Source of the DNA: the human T2T-CHM13v2.0 reference genome, Homo sapiens
Length of the DNA stretch: 64,000 nt
Assembly (NCBI RefSeq): GCF_009914755.1
Contig: NC_060926.1
Reading direction: 5' to 3' (one strand)
Part shown: positions 26,752-43,529 of the stretch, piece by piece
Numbering within the stretch: position 1 is the stretch's first letter
Layout of the letters: each line of letters opens with the position of its first letter
Position numbers and translations under genes: made by a program
The notes under the pieces: generated by a model
Databases searched by the model: none
The model's input: the letters and a program-made list of their open reading frames with translations, nothing else
What the model was told of the DNA's origin: nothing

Positions 26752-29700
26752 AACTCAGGCTAAAAGCATCGCCCGCTTGGACCCAGGGATCCATTTTCTC
26801 CCAGCCTAGAGCCTGACCCCTGAGAGATCTGAAAGAGGCCTTGGGGAGCAGGGATGGGCAGGCTGAAAGACAGCTACATCTCCTCCAGCTGAAGCACTGA
26901 CTCTCTACAGTCAGGAGAAGCTTCTCCAGGACCACATCTGCCAACAGCCACGCAGGGAGCAAAAGTTCATTTTATTGTAAATGAACTGTGTGATATGAAA
27001 GCCTTATGCAATACTCTAAATATTCCTTTAAAAAGTCAGAAATCAAAGCCTTCTCACAATATAGTTTGCGCTCTTACTTTTGCTCAGTGTTGGGCATAAT
27101 TCCAGAAACCTGAGAAGTTGGTGTTAGTAGCAGCATATCATGTTGTTTGCAATTATTCAGGTGTGCCACAGCCACAAGCACCTCAATGCCCTTTTACAGC
27201 ACGTCAAGGGTGGCAAAAACGGCAGCTCCCACGTGCTTGCGAAGGCCCTTCCTGCTTCCACAGTTCGCTATTCTCACATCCTCTGGGGTCTGCCCACGCC
27301 TGCGCTGACCCTTGGCTGCCCAAAGGTGCAGGAGTCAGCATCATCTTTGGGAGGTTCTCAGTGGCAAATTGCAACTCTAGTGTTTTCTGATGAACACAGG
27401 TCTGTTTCAAATACATTATCACTCATGAGAGTTAAGGTAGTAAAGTTTGCCAATTTTATTTTTATCACTCAGAATGGATTCAGTGTTATCCCTGTAACAC
27501 GAACATGACAAAACCAATTTCCTTTTATTGTTAGTGTGTTTTTCTGAATAATGGCATAAAAGGCTGAGGCAAGGTTTGTGCACAGTCCTGAAGGCCAATG
27601 AAGAGCTGAGGCTGTGGCCAATTACTAAGGCGCATCCCTTCCTAGAAAGCATTTCCCCAACTCTGGCCCCACCTCTTGGAATGCCATGCTTGGGAACAGC
27701 CTGCCATGTGGATGTGGCAGAAAGAAAAACGCTGAGATTGGCAGATTAAGGGATGGCCTTCATGCAGCCTGGCCCAAGGAGGGTGCCCGGGCCCCAGAGG
27801 AAGGACTGTCAGAGCTTCTTCTCAACAGGCCCAGGAAAAGGGAAGGCTTCTGCCTGTTTGAGGATATGCTCACACCCCACATCTTTCCAGAGCTGATAAC
27901 AGGCATACCTTGCTGAGGTGAATATGACCTGTTTAATACCACTAAAGGCCTACTGCCCTAGATACAGGGCCTGAGGGTACCTGTTCATCCCTATACATTT
28001 GTCTAGACTAGTTCTGTGCCAGACCTGTGAGATTCTGGGACCAGGGATAGAAAAGAGCCAGGCCTTGGCCTCGGGGCTCCCAGTCCAGGGCGGATGACTG
28101 AGGTGAGCAGAGAGAGAAAAGGGTATCTTGCCCTACCTGGGGTACAGGGTAAGGAAACAGGGAGCCTCCTGGGGAGGGGTGATCCAGAAGAATGGGGAGT
28201 CTAGGTAGAGGGAACAAGACTAGCAAAGGTGAACCTGCAGGACAGTCCCTTCTTTCCCTGTATCCTCATGATCTGGAATGATGTCTCTACCTGGTAGATA
28301 TTCAGTGAAGTTATATTGAATCAAACAAAACAGAAACACTATACAAAGAATGTGCACAATCATCTTTCAAACTTTTTTCTTTTTGAGAAGGAAAATCAGA
28401 ATATCTTTTTCATATAAATCAAAAATGCTGCTAGCACCTGGGACACATGCCTGTCCCTACTGGCAGGAGCCTTCTTCCTCAGAGCCTGCCCACAGTCCAG
28501 TCAAGGACAGTTCTGGTCAGTGGCCACATTTGTATAAATAGTGCTCCAGTGATACTCACATTTATAATGGAAAGAGTTCACATTTCTTTCAAGTGTGGAA
28601 GTGTTTGCTTGTGATGTTTTGTAGATAGCATTCATCTCTTCCTGCCCCCACTTCCCCGCCCAACATCAGACTCACTGTGATATAGACACACTCCCTACTC
28701 AGGCCTTGTATTTTCATGGAAAATGAGCAATTCCAGGCAGGGGGCATGGATCTTCAGTTTGTTTACAAATTCCACTTTGTTCATCTGTGACAGGTCCTTG
28801 AGACCCTTGGTCTCTATCCCTGGATTTTCAGAGCCCAGCAGTATGTACGAAGTAGGATTTCTCACCAAACTGAGGCTCTATGATTCCTGCCTGGAATATT
28901 TCCCACTCTTCCCACTAAGCCACTCCTCCCGTTCTATTGTTGCCAAAGGAAAGCATTGGACCAGGTGTCCAGGTAACCCCACTTATCCATCTACAGCTCA
29001 TCAAATCTGGAAGACCTAGAAGTCATATTATCTCCCTAAGACTTTACTTTGCCCAGCTGTACAATAAGGATATCATACAACTTCTGAGAAGTTTTCAGAA
29101 TTGAAAGCACTAGGAGTTATCAACATACTTTGAAAGCTCTAAGACATTCTGCTTTTACAAACATAATGTTTTATTGCCCTCTACCCCCTAAATACCTTTG
29201 CAACTTCATCAGTTATGCTGCTAAGAATCTGGTGGATACCATTTTAGTTCTGCATGTCGAGGAAAGAAGAGCTCATTTATTGACAGTCTCTTGACTCATG
29301 GAAGAAAAATAATTAAGAGTCATAGAAAAGTATGACTTAGGTTGATTTATTTTTCTTATGTACAGAGAGAAGGGGAGACAGTGTTAAGGGCTGCAGGAAG
29401 TCATCCAAAGAGCCTAAGCACTGTCTACCTGAGGAGGTTACTGCCCCCATCTACCTAGCAAGTTCATATATGCTCCTCGGGTTCAGACTCTCCTCAGGAT
29501 ACCTCCCCCGTGCAGCCTTCCTGGGAGGTGGCTCTAACCCTTGTCTCTATCATGGCCTGGACCTGCCCCACTGTTGCAGCAGCCGCCTTGCTATGTTTCA
29601 CTTATTTCTTTGCATGCCTGTTTCTTCCGGACTCTTGAAGGTGGGATGAGTCCCTACCAGGACCCACCCTGGGTATACAGGTGACCCAGAACTGCAGTCT

Positions 29701-30929
29701 TAACCACAACCTGGGAGAACTGGCAGGGAGACACACAGGCGTCCAAGTCAAGGTCACACCCTTGATTGACAGTGGAGGTGGGGTGATAGGATGAATAAAA
29801 ACTGGAGTGGCCAATGCAGTGCTCCAATGCCAGAAATCCCTGGGGGAAGCCTGTTGTTCCACAGAGGCCAGAGCACAAACCCCGCAGTCACCGATAGCAG
29901 CCCCATTGCAAGGTACCTAGCTGCAAGTCCCACAGTCTTGGTAGTTTTTCAACCCTCTTTCTTCTGCAGGTTATTTGAGCCAGCTTCGATTCCTTTCCCT
30001 TTACTCAAAAGAACTCTACCCTGTTGCTTCAGGAAGTCCAAGTATCATTTTGGAAATGCTGGGTGGGAACAGCATGGGTTTATACCACATCCAAGGCCAG
30101 TGGAGAGTCAGCCTCAGGGTTCAGTGGTCTACACGTTTACTGTTACTCCTTGCTCACTGGGCTGCCACATCCTAGGTAATTTGTAAGTGCTTTGCAATTT
30201 TGGCCGATCTTCTAGTGCATTGAGTTTTTGTGATATTTTTCTAGTCCTACCAAGAACAGTGGAATACTTCATTTAATTAAAAAGACACCAAAAGATTATC
30301 TTTGTAAAAAGGTTCATGAAAGGGATGGTTGCTACTTCTCAGGCTGCCAAAACTTGCACCCCCAGGTCATACAGAAAAGAGGCCGGAGCTGAGGGGAATA
30401 TTTGCTTTTTTACGGAAGTCAGCAGGCACAGAAAAGAGTCAACAGTCAGGATAATCCTCCCTCTCTACCACACTGAAGCATCAAACAATCATTGCTTTTT
30501 CTTGAGAAAACATACATGGATAAACTAATGCCACATATAGGAGTTCATATCTATCAGGATCAGTGAAAAAGCCAGGACTGTGAGCTGGGAGGCGGAACAA
30601 TAGCATCACCAGCTGAGATAAGTAGGGGTGGGGGGAGAAAAGTAGCACATTTGCAGGGCAAGAAATGTTTTTGGGACTGTGGAAACACAGTTGACCATGG
30701 AACAGCAGATCACCCTGCCTCTTCTTCCTCCCATTCCCCCTGAAATCTGCCATGCCAACATTCTATAGCCTAAGCTTGCCCCGGCTCCCCACCGATCTGG
30801 GAATGTTGTCCCAACTCCCCATCTGGCAGGGCCCTCCCTCTCTCCAGCTGTGTGCTCTGCATCAGCCACGGCAGCCTATGCTGCAGTCAGGCTAGATAAT
30901 TTGGAACTTTCTGGACTTCCCATCCTCTT

Positions 30930-32640
30930 TCTAACAGTTACTTTGAATTATGATTCACATACCACACAACTTACCTATTTAAATTGTATAATACAGTGGT
31001 TTCTAACATACTCACAGATGTGTGCACTCATCACCCCAGGCAATTACAGAATATTTTCATCAAAAACCTGTGCTTTTAGCTGTCACTTCCTTAGGTGGTC
31101 TGCACCCACCCCCAGCCCTGTGCAACCACTAATCTATTATCTGTCCCTATACATTTCCCTGTTCTGCACATTTTGTATAAATAGAATACAACAATATGTT
31201 GTCTCTGGTGACTGGCTTTTTCCATTTAGCATGTTTCAAATTTCATTCATGTAGTTTGTATCAGAGTTGCATTCTTTTTATGGACAAATAATATTCCATT
31301 GTATGAATATACCAAATTTTGTCTCTTCATTCATCAGTTGATGGACATGTGGGTTGCATCCAACCTTTAGCTATTGTGAATAATGCTACTATGAACAGTC
31401 ATGTACAAGGTTTTATGTGAACATGTTTCCCTTCTGTTGGATATATACCTAAAAGTGGAATTGCTGGGCTCCATGGTAATTCTATACTTAATCATTTAAG
31501 GAACTGCCCAACTGTTTTCCAAGTTGGCTGCACAATTTTTATCTTCCTACTAGCAGGATATGAGGGTTCTAATTTTTCCACATCATCACCAACACTTATT
31601 ACTGTCTAACTTTTTTGTTCTAGTCATGCCAGTGGGGGTGAAGTGGTATCTCACTGTGACTTTTTTTTTTTTGATGTTCGTTTCTCTGATGACTAGTGAG
31701 GCTGATTATCTTCTCATGTGCTCATTGGTCATTTGTACATATTCCCTGGAGAAATGTCTACTCAGATCCTTTGTCCATTCCTTAATTAGATTATTTGTTG
31801 TTTTATTACTGAGGACTGAACTGAAAGTTCAGTAATAAAGAACTGAAGAGCTCTTTATCTGTTCTGGATATAAGTCCCTTTTTAGATATGTGATTTGCAG
31901 ATTTTTTTCCGTTCTGTGTGTTGTCTTTTCATTTTGTTTATGGTTTCCTTTGGAGCACAAAAGTTTTTAATTTTGACAAAGTATAATTTTTTATTGCTTG
32001 TACTCTTGATATCACATCTAAGAATCCTTTGCTAAATTCAAGATCATGAAGACTTAATCCTACTTTTTCTTCCATGATTTCTTTGGTTTTGCTTTTTATA
32101 TTTAGGTCTTTGCTCCATTTAAAGTTAACTTTTAAATTGAGTGAAGTAAGAGTTCAACTTCATTCTTTTGCATATGGCTGCATACATTTGTCCCAGTACC
32201 ATTTGTTGAAAAGATTATTCTTTACTCACTGAATGGTTTTGACACCATTGTCAAAAATCAGTTGACTATTAAATGTGTGGATTTATTTTTGGACTCTCTC
32301 CATGACATTTCATTGATCTCTCTGTTTTCTTAATGCCAGGATCATATCGTCTTGATTTCTTTTGCTTTGTAGTGAGTTGTGAAATCAGGAAGTATGAGTA
32401 CACCTACCTTATTCTTCTGTTTCAAGATTATTTTGGCTCTTCTGGGTCCCTTGCAAGTCCATATACATTTTAGAATCAGCTTCTTAATTCCTATAAGGAA
32501 GTTACCTGAGATTCTCATGGGGACTGCCTTGAATCTATAGGTCAATTGGGAAGCATTGCCATCTAAACAGCGCTAGTCTTCTGATCCATGAATATAGACT
32601 GCTTCTCCAACTATTTAGATGTCCTCTAATGATGTATTAC
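30930..32640 (-). mobile_element. L1MB-like 3' region
   Basis: gattcacataccacacaacttacctatttaaattgtataatacagtgg; minus-strand ORF2 remnant 32342-32545 (YRFKAVP...KNKVGVLILPDFTTHYKA). Confidence 0.85.
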
Positions 32641-33272
32641 AGTTACATTTCTCCCTGGAGGTCTCACTGTTTCCTGCTTGTGCTGCTTGAGAGAATGAAG
32701 AAGCTTCCCCAGCCTGGCTGCCTATTGCCTCTCGGTGACGGGAATGCAGTCTCTGAGGAGTAGAGACAAAGTCACCTTCCCAGGCACACGTCGTGATGAA
32801 ATTTTCCTCACAGGTAACCCCAGCCCTGTGTCTGAGTGAGGGAGAGTACTCTCAGGCTGGGGAAGGAGGGCACTTCCTGGGCTGGATCTGCTGGTTTTGG
32901 CAGGACCCCCTTCCTGATACACTTTTGCAAACCTGATGTGGTTGACATCATTAAAAGACCATTTAAATCCTTGATGGCTGGCATTAAGACTCAAGCATTT
33001 CTTTCCAAAAATTTCAATTTTCTTTCTTAATCCCATCTCTGTGAAGACTCAGTGGCAGTGTCTGCTCCTGGAGATATGGCAAACACTAGAGGGGCTCAGC
33101 TCCCCTTTACTGATGTCCATCTGGACCCTGCCCTGTCCCTCACAGGCATTCACAAGGAATTATGTGGGCTGGGCTTTTTTGTGAGTTAGAGAACATGAAA
33201 ACAGGCTCTGTTTCCAAGTAGCTTCCCACCCGCCTAGGGTGCCGGGATCAACCACACAGCACCCGAAGCACC

Positions 33273-33340
33273 ACGAGGGTTGGGCACCTCAGAGCTGCAG
33301 TGCAGACGAGGGTTGGGCACCTCAGAGCTGCAGTGCAGAC
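33273..33340. repeat. Perfect 33-bp tandem duplication
   Basis: acgagggttgggcacctcagagctgcagtgcag x2, followed by ac. Confidence 0.97.
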
Positions 33341-33449
33341 AGTGACTCCTGCACAGCTGCTTGGAGCAGGCAGAGTCGCAGCAGCTGTGCTCCTGCAACG
33401 CACATCTCCTGAGCTTCTCTGCAGGGTGAGACTCTGCCCTTGGGGGCTG

Positions 33450-33790
33450 GGGATATGAGGATGAAAGCCATGCTTGTTTCCTTCAAGGAGGGCACAGTCT
33501 AGCAAGGGAGAAAGACAAAGCCGGTGCTTATAAAACAGCGTGGTCAGAACCGTTAGAGAAAGGAACACAGATGACAGGGATCATGGTGGAGAAGCCAACT
33601 GAGGGTAATCAGAGGGTTCCCAAATTAAGTGTGGCTCCAACTGAGACTTTGAAAGACAAGATGCTATTGTCCTGCAATGACTGGGTGGGGCCTGCAGCAT
33701 CCCAGCTGAAAGGAGAGCCTGAGGTGAAGCCTGGAGAGACCTGCAGGATGAGGCAGGAGGGGAGGAGAGGGTAAACTGCACTGCATGTAG
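33450..33790 (-). mobile_element. Degraded L2 fragment
   Basis: cttcaaggagggcacagtctagcaagggagaaagaca...aaaacagcgtggtcag resembles the antisense L2 3' region. Confidence 0.45.
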
Positions 33791-34021
33791 GGTGTTGATT
33801 GAGCTGGGATTTTCCACAAGGGCAGGATCAAACCATAAGAAGAGGGGCAAGCACTCCACTTCCAGGTACCAAATGATGTGGGTTTAAATATGGGTTCCTG
33901 CTGCAGCTGCAACAGAGGTCCCCTGAGAATGCTTTTATGAGAAACAATAGGAAACCTCTTTCTTACCTCAGATATGCTTCCAATTGTCCCTTTCTTCCAT
34001 TTTAATTCACATGTTTCTTTA

Positions 34022-34190
34022 TAACTTCTCAACCTCTTTCAGGTCACAGATCTCTTTAGAATGTATCCAGAGCCACAGACTCTCTCTAAGGAGAATTACA
34101 TAGCATATAAATATAATTGCAAGTTTCATCAAATTTCAATAGTTTAATGGCTTTGCTGAAACGCATCTGTAGACACCAGGGTCAACTATT
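34022..34190. mobile_element. hAT-Charlie MITE (Charlie4z-like)
   Basis: ttctcaacctctttcaggtcacagatctctttagaat...agccacagactctctct...ctgaaacgcatctgtagacaccagg. Confidence 0.55.
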
Positions 34191-36649
34191 GTGACCTAAA
34201 AACTAGACTCTGGCAAGTTTTTGTGCTCAGTGATCCTTTCAATGGGCCTTGGAAGTGCAGCTAGCACCATGCTAAGACAGGCAGAAAGGCACAGAGATGG
34301 TAGAGAAATAGGTGCGTGATTAGATGAAGTGTTTTAGGTGCTAAGACCTAGTCATGACAACATCTGAATGAAAAGGAAAATTCAGATGGCAGAACTTTGC
34401 TGACCATATTCCTTGCTTTCCATCCAGATGCTTGGTCTATGTACATACACTTTTATGTTCTGGAAGCAGCGTTTGTGAACAACACCCAGTGGGTTTCTCC
34501 ACTGGGCGGAGAGTGGCAATATCTCCTCTAGCTAGCTAGAGTAAGTGCAGTCTCTTGCACAGTGTTATTTTATAATCGACTCAGTGCCTTTATAATCGAC
34601 TCAGGAATGAAATCAAGCTGGGACCAGCTTCACTGGCATGGCAACAGGAATATTCATACTTTAGTAATTATCCTAATGTCATTGTGGTAGCAGATACAGA
34701 TGACATCTGTCTGAATGGCTCTGCATCAAGGCACCTTCTTTCCTAAGTTTTAACATATCTGTTGTGCGTGTGTCTTGGGAACCTGAGGTTGTAGAGCAAA
34801 TGATTCATTTTTAGATTCAACATGCAGTGAGCATTATTTACATCTACTGCCTTTCTGCTTTGGTATATATCAATATTTATTGCTAATTCAATGCCAAATT
34901 TTGACCTTACTTTTTATAGTCAATATATGCTTCTTGGAGCAATAAATCTTTATAATCACTACAGTTTAAATCAATACCTGTCTATTATCTATTTACCATC
35001 TATGAGTCAACCTTTCTACACTTCGGATCCTTAGCAACCTGGGCATCAGATTTCTAAGGATGGAGCTCCACTGAAATGACTATGGAGGTACAAAGGATTC
35101 ATATTACCTGCTTTTAAAGTTGGACGTAAGAGCTCAAATAAGAGCAATTACAACAAGAAAGACTCATAAAGTGGTTTGCTGGGCCAAAACAGCTGTTGAG
35201 TTATAAAATATTTACAACAGAAGAGATCTCCAAATTTATTTAAGTATATCCAAACAGTATATCTTTAGCACTGGGGTAGAATTCTATCTTTCCATGGAGA
35301 GCAAGCGACCTAAAAACATGCTTAGCAGCAGACAGCACTAAAGCTGGCTTTTCCCATCACCGTGCTCTCAGTTTAGTTGTGGGAGTGAATTTAAAGATAG
35401 ACATGAATCAAATCAGATAACACCACCTGCCAAGGCCTTCTACAGGGAGTCAGTCGATGGTCCAGTCAGTGATGGGGCTCAGGCCCAGTGTCTGTGTTGT
35501 GGGGAGCCATGTGTCACCTCGAAGAGGAATGAGTCAGCAGTGGCATCAGGCTGCTTGGCTGTAGCAGCTCCTCAGCCCTGCCAGTCCCCCAGTGCGTGCA
35601 TCCTCCAGAGGACCCTCGGGAAGGACTCACACCGGCTGGAAGTCAGATCATGCATCACAGCCCGGAGCTGCTTCAGTTCTTGGCTCTCCTCTCCTCACCT
35701 GTGAAGAGCCAGCTGACCAGCGGCCTCTCACAGCTGCAGAATCCTATAATTTAGAGAGCCCTTTGGCATCTATCGAGAGGATAAATCCACACATCTGGTT
35801 ATATGCATGTCCTGCTGGTACTCTGTACGTTGACGCTGTGGGACAGTGTCACTGGATAGCCTTTGAACGAACCCTCTTTATCACTTGTAGTTCTCAAGAA
35901 TAACTGTAGAATGTGCTGAGAATGCAGCGTCCTGAGATGAGGAGATACTGGCTGGAACAGTGCAGGCTCTGTCCGCATTTCTCCTAAAACAGAATGTCTT
36001 GCTATGCTTTAGCCCAGTGAGTCCCATTTCCTTAAAGTATAAAACCAAGGATGGGCTGCTTTCCAAGGTCCCTCAGCTGTGGTGCCAGTGGGGCACAAGC
36101 AGACAAGACTCCATCTGAGCAGCTTTCCTGAGCCTTGGAAGGCCCTTGTCACAAATCCTAGGCTTCTGTGATCCATTGCTGCCTATCTGTGAGTGACAAA
36201 CCCACTTCATGTAACCTGTATGTGGATGTTCTGCCTCACAGGACTCAGACAAGTTGGCGATCTGTGCCCAGTAAACCTGTTTCACAGACATCAGCTTCCA
36301 TGACTGCCCTGAGCAAAGTGCTGAAGGGTAGATATTGTCCTAGACACTCAGAAAGCATTAGCAATCCAAGAACCTAAGGTCTCTACCCATTTTTCTGCAG
36401 TAGCTGGAAGTCAGGCAGGGTTCCCTGGCTATGTGGCTTTGAATTTGGCCTGCCTCATGTGGCTAATGGTGAGAGGGTTCTGGTGCCAGAGTGGCACACC
36501 CCAGCAGCACTTCCCAACCACCTTGCACTCTTCCCTCTTTCTGCCATCTGCCCAACTTGCCCCAGCCAGTGGGGGGGGGTCCTCATTCCTTTTAGGACAT
36601 GAATTATAAATTTGGCAGCAGATACACCCTGGGTACCTATCACGTATGG

Positions 36650-37251
<602 letters not shown>

Positions 37252-37439
37252 AACATTTTTTTATGATTTCATAGCTTTGTGCTAGGTGCCCAGGGAATGC
37301 AATAGGAATTGGTCCCTATCCCTTTAAGGCTTAGTTGGGGAGGTGAAACTAATTTATGTGGAAGAAATGAGGCCCAGGTATGTGGTAAACTAGTGATCAT
37401 GGTGAACAGTCTGGAGAAGGACAGAAGAGGGTACTGCTG

Positions 37440-37675
37440 TCTGCTGAATACCTGCTCTGGCTTAAAAGTGTTACTTATAGTATCCCATGCAACCCCCTAC
37501 CAGCCCTCCAAAACAACTGTCCTTTCCTTTTACAGAGGAGCAAATTGAGCCCTGGTGAGATGAATCACTCGCCCCAGCTGTTAAGTAAATAGGTTCTGGA
37601 ATTAGGATCTATACCCAGTTGGGAGGGGGGTGCCAGGCTGCCTGACTTCTAAGTCAGGGTTTTTTCTATCCTGCC
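37440..37675 (-). mobile_element. MIR
   Basis: ttttacagaggagcaaattgagccctggtgagatgaatcactcgcccc is the antisense MIR core. Confidence 0.65.
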
Positions 37676-37956
37676 ATGTTTCTCTATGGGAAACAAGGAG
37701 ATCCAAGCAGGCTGCAGTAATCAAAAAGGTAATTAGAAATGGAATTTGAATGAGGCCCTAAAATATGGCAGAATTTGACAGTCCCACAGGGACTGATAAG
37801 CTTAGCTCTATCACAAAGCATGGGGTCTCTTTGGTAAATATTTAAGATATTGAAATCTCTTGACTATAATGTGTACTCTGAAGTTGTTGGTTGAATGCTC
37901 TACCAGGTCAGTTGCTTCAAGTTTGCTAATTGTGTTGTTTAAATATTCCACATCTT

Positions 37957-38571
<615 letters not shown>

Positions 38572-38989
38572 TTACTGTTTTTGTTTGGGCATCAAATCAG
38601 CAGAGAGGTTTGCCAAAATCTCCAGGTATGATTATTGATTTGCCTACCTGTCCCTTTATTGCTGTAAATTTTTGCTTTATATCTTTGAGGCTGTGCTGTT
38701 AGATCAATACAGATACAAAATGTTTACATATTCCAGTTAAATTGCTGCATTTTCATTATGGAATGTCCCTTTTTATCATTATTAATACTTCTTGCTCTAG
38801 AGTCTGCTTTGTCTGATCTTAGTACAGGGATAACATCATTCTTTTGGTGTTTGCATGGAATATGATTTTCCTTCCTTTTACTTTCAATCTTTCTGTGTCT
38901 TCATAGTTAAGGTGTGGCTTTGAATGCAGCCAATAATTGGGTTTTTTTGGTCTGACAATGTTTGTCTTCAAAAAAAAATACAAAAATAT

Positions 38990-40240
38990 ACATTTAGGAA
39001 TGGGTGTGTACCTTAAACCTCTCAGTAAATTTTCATTAAATGAACATCACTGTATAATCAGCATGCAGATCAAGAAATAGAACATTTGGCAACCCAAAAG
39101 CTTTCATGCCCCTTCCTAGACACTGCCTCTCTGCAGGGCCTACCACTATTCTTACTTTTAACACCGTATACTACTTTTGCCTGCTTTTGAAATTTATAGA
39201 AATGAAATAATGCAATATTAAGTCTTCTGTGACTCTCTCCTTTCACTCAACCTATGTTTGTGAGATTCATTCACATTGCTCTATCAGTAGTTTGCTTTTT
39301 GTCTTTCTGATAGTGTTCTGTTGTATGGTACACAGCAATTTTTTTAATGCATCTTTCTATTGAACTTTTCATAACATCCAGTTTGAGACCTTTACAAACA
39401 GGGTTGCCATTAAAATGTTTCTACAGTTTTATAAACACATACACACATTTTGTCTCTCTATATATCTAGGAATAAAATTGCTGGGTGTTATGCTACATTG
39501 ATGTTCATCTTTGGTAGATAGTACTAAACCATTAGCCATAGTGATTGTGTCAGTTACCAATCCCACCAGTGGCATAACAGAGTTCTTGTACCTTGACTTG
39601 GCATTGTTTGTCTTTTTCACTTTACTTAGAGCAATGGGGCCTTATAGATTTAATCTGCATTCATCTAATGACTAATGAAGTGATGCACCTTACTTAGGTT
39701 TACTATTTAGATATACTATGTGCCTATTCAAGTACTTTTGCTCATTTTCAATTAAGATGTCTAACTTTTTCTAATTGGCTTGCAGGAGTTCTGCTTTGTG
39801 TGCTGAATATGTGTTCTTTGCCAGCAATATCTATTGCAGATCCCTTCCCCACTCTGTGGCTTGTGTTTTTGCATTCACTTAATGATGCCTTGTGATGAAC
39901 AATTTTTAATTTTAATACATTACAGCCTATTGAGTTTTTTTCTTTGTAGTTGGTTTGTAGTTGGTGCTTTTTGTGCTTGTTTAGGAAATTTTTGCCTACC
40001 CCAAGATCACAAAGTTATTATAACATATTTTATTCTAAAGACTTATTTATTCTTATATACTTACTATACCTTTCACATTCAGATTACAATACATTTCTAG
40101 TCATTTCTGAGTATGGCTCAGGGTTTTGTTCCATATCAATACCCATTTGATTCAATAGCACATTTTGAAAAGTTAATCTTTCTTCACTGTGCTGCATTGT
40201 CACCTTCATTATAAATCTATGTCTACATGTGTGGAGAGCT
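38990..40240 (-). mobile_element. Old L1ME-like 3' region
   Basis: cagatcaagaaatagaacatt, ttttgcctgcttttgaaatttatagaaatgaaataatgc, tttcactcaacctatgtttgtgagattcattc. Confidence 0.7.
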
Positions 40241-40259
40241 TTCACTTTTAATTCGATTA

Positions 40260-42360
<2,101 letters not shown>

Positions 42361-42394
42361 GCCCACTTTCTCTTTCAACATGACACTGTCGTTA

Positions 42395-42560
42395 TGATTG
42401 TGTCTCATGCTGGGTATTTTCTTAGATGTGTTCTCATTTAATTCTCACCCTTTGAAGTCAACTGTATTCCCATTTTTAAGGATAAAAATGTGGCTAATAA
42501 TAAAAAGCTGGGGCTTAAGCCCAATTCAGAGTGTTTTGAAACCCTATCTATTTTCAAATA
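42395..42560 (-). mobile_element. Degraded MIR
   Basis: ttctcatttaattctcac...tattcccattttt... Confidence 0.45.
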
Positions 42561-43529
42561 AACCAGACTGCCTCATAACGCAGTCATACCAAACTCTGCA
42601 GATAAAGTCTCATTATTTTGTTTATGAGAATGTCACTTGAGTCTAGTCCCTTTCGATGAAGCCCCTGGCAGACAACTGGAGAATTCACTTTTCACCCTAA
42701 TGTCCTATGTCTGTCAAGAAGGAAAACAGAAAGATTTTTTGACTTCCCAGAATATGACACCAAATTTTAAAATATGTCAGACAGCTCAACTTGACAAATT
42801 GCCAGGGGGAAAAAACGATGGGGTGCTGCCTTTCCTCAAGAACTTTAAGGTGATTTGGAGTTATTTTGTGTGAAAAGTGCAAAAGAAATGATGAAAATTA
42901 CTTAGAACAGCTGTACTTGCCTTGAAGCTCTGAGGATGCTGGAAATTTCAGCGAGTGACTTTTCTGTGTTAATGTAAAGGTGGGAAGCAACGCATTTAAT
43001 ATTGGATGACTTCCAGGGGAATCATCACTTCCAGGTGGATTCTGGAGAATGATGGAGATAAATCAAGTACAGTGGGTGCATAGCACACCTATTAAACATT
43101 TCTTTTTTCCAGTGGTCTCCTGATACTCTGCACATTTTAGCAGCTCCTGAGACTTGTTTACTGTAGGTTTTAAGAATCTTCCAGAGTCACCTCTTAAAAC
43201 ATGGCAAAATTAGCAAATGTGGACATCCTATCTGCTATAAGCAGAACTGCTGGATAAAATATAGTTTAGAAATAGTAGAAATGGAAAGAAATAGAAATCT
43301 TCAGGCAACATTAAGCGGGGAGGACTACACAGCCAACAGTCTAAGCAGGTGAGCTAATGCCTCTGAGACCCAGACAACTATGAGAAGTGAATACAGGCAC
43401 TAATAGCCAGGGCCAGAGTTTGACCAACCAAAGGAGAATAGAAGAGGAGGGCTTGGGCCTGTGCTAGGCAAGGAGCTAACACTAAGAACTCTGCATAAAC
43501 CTGGTACTAATGCATTATCCATAATGATT

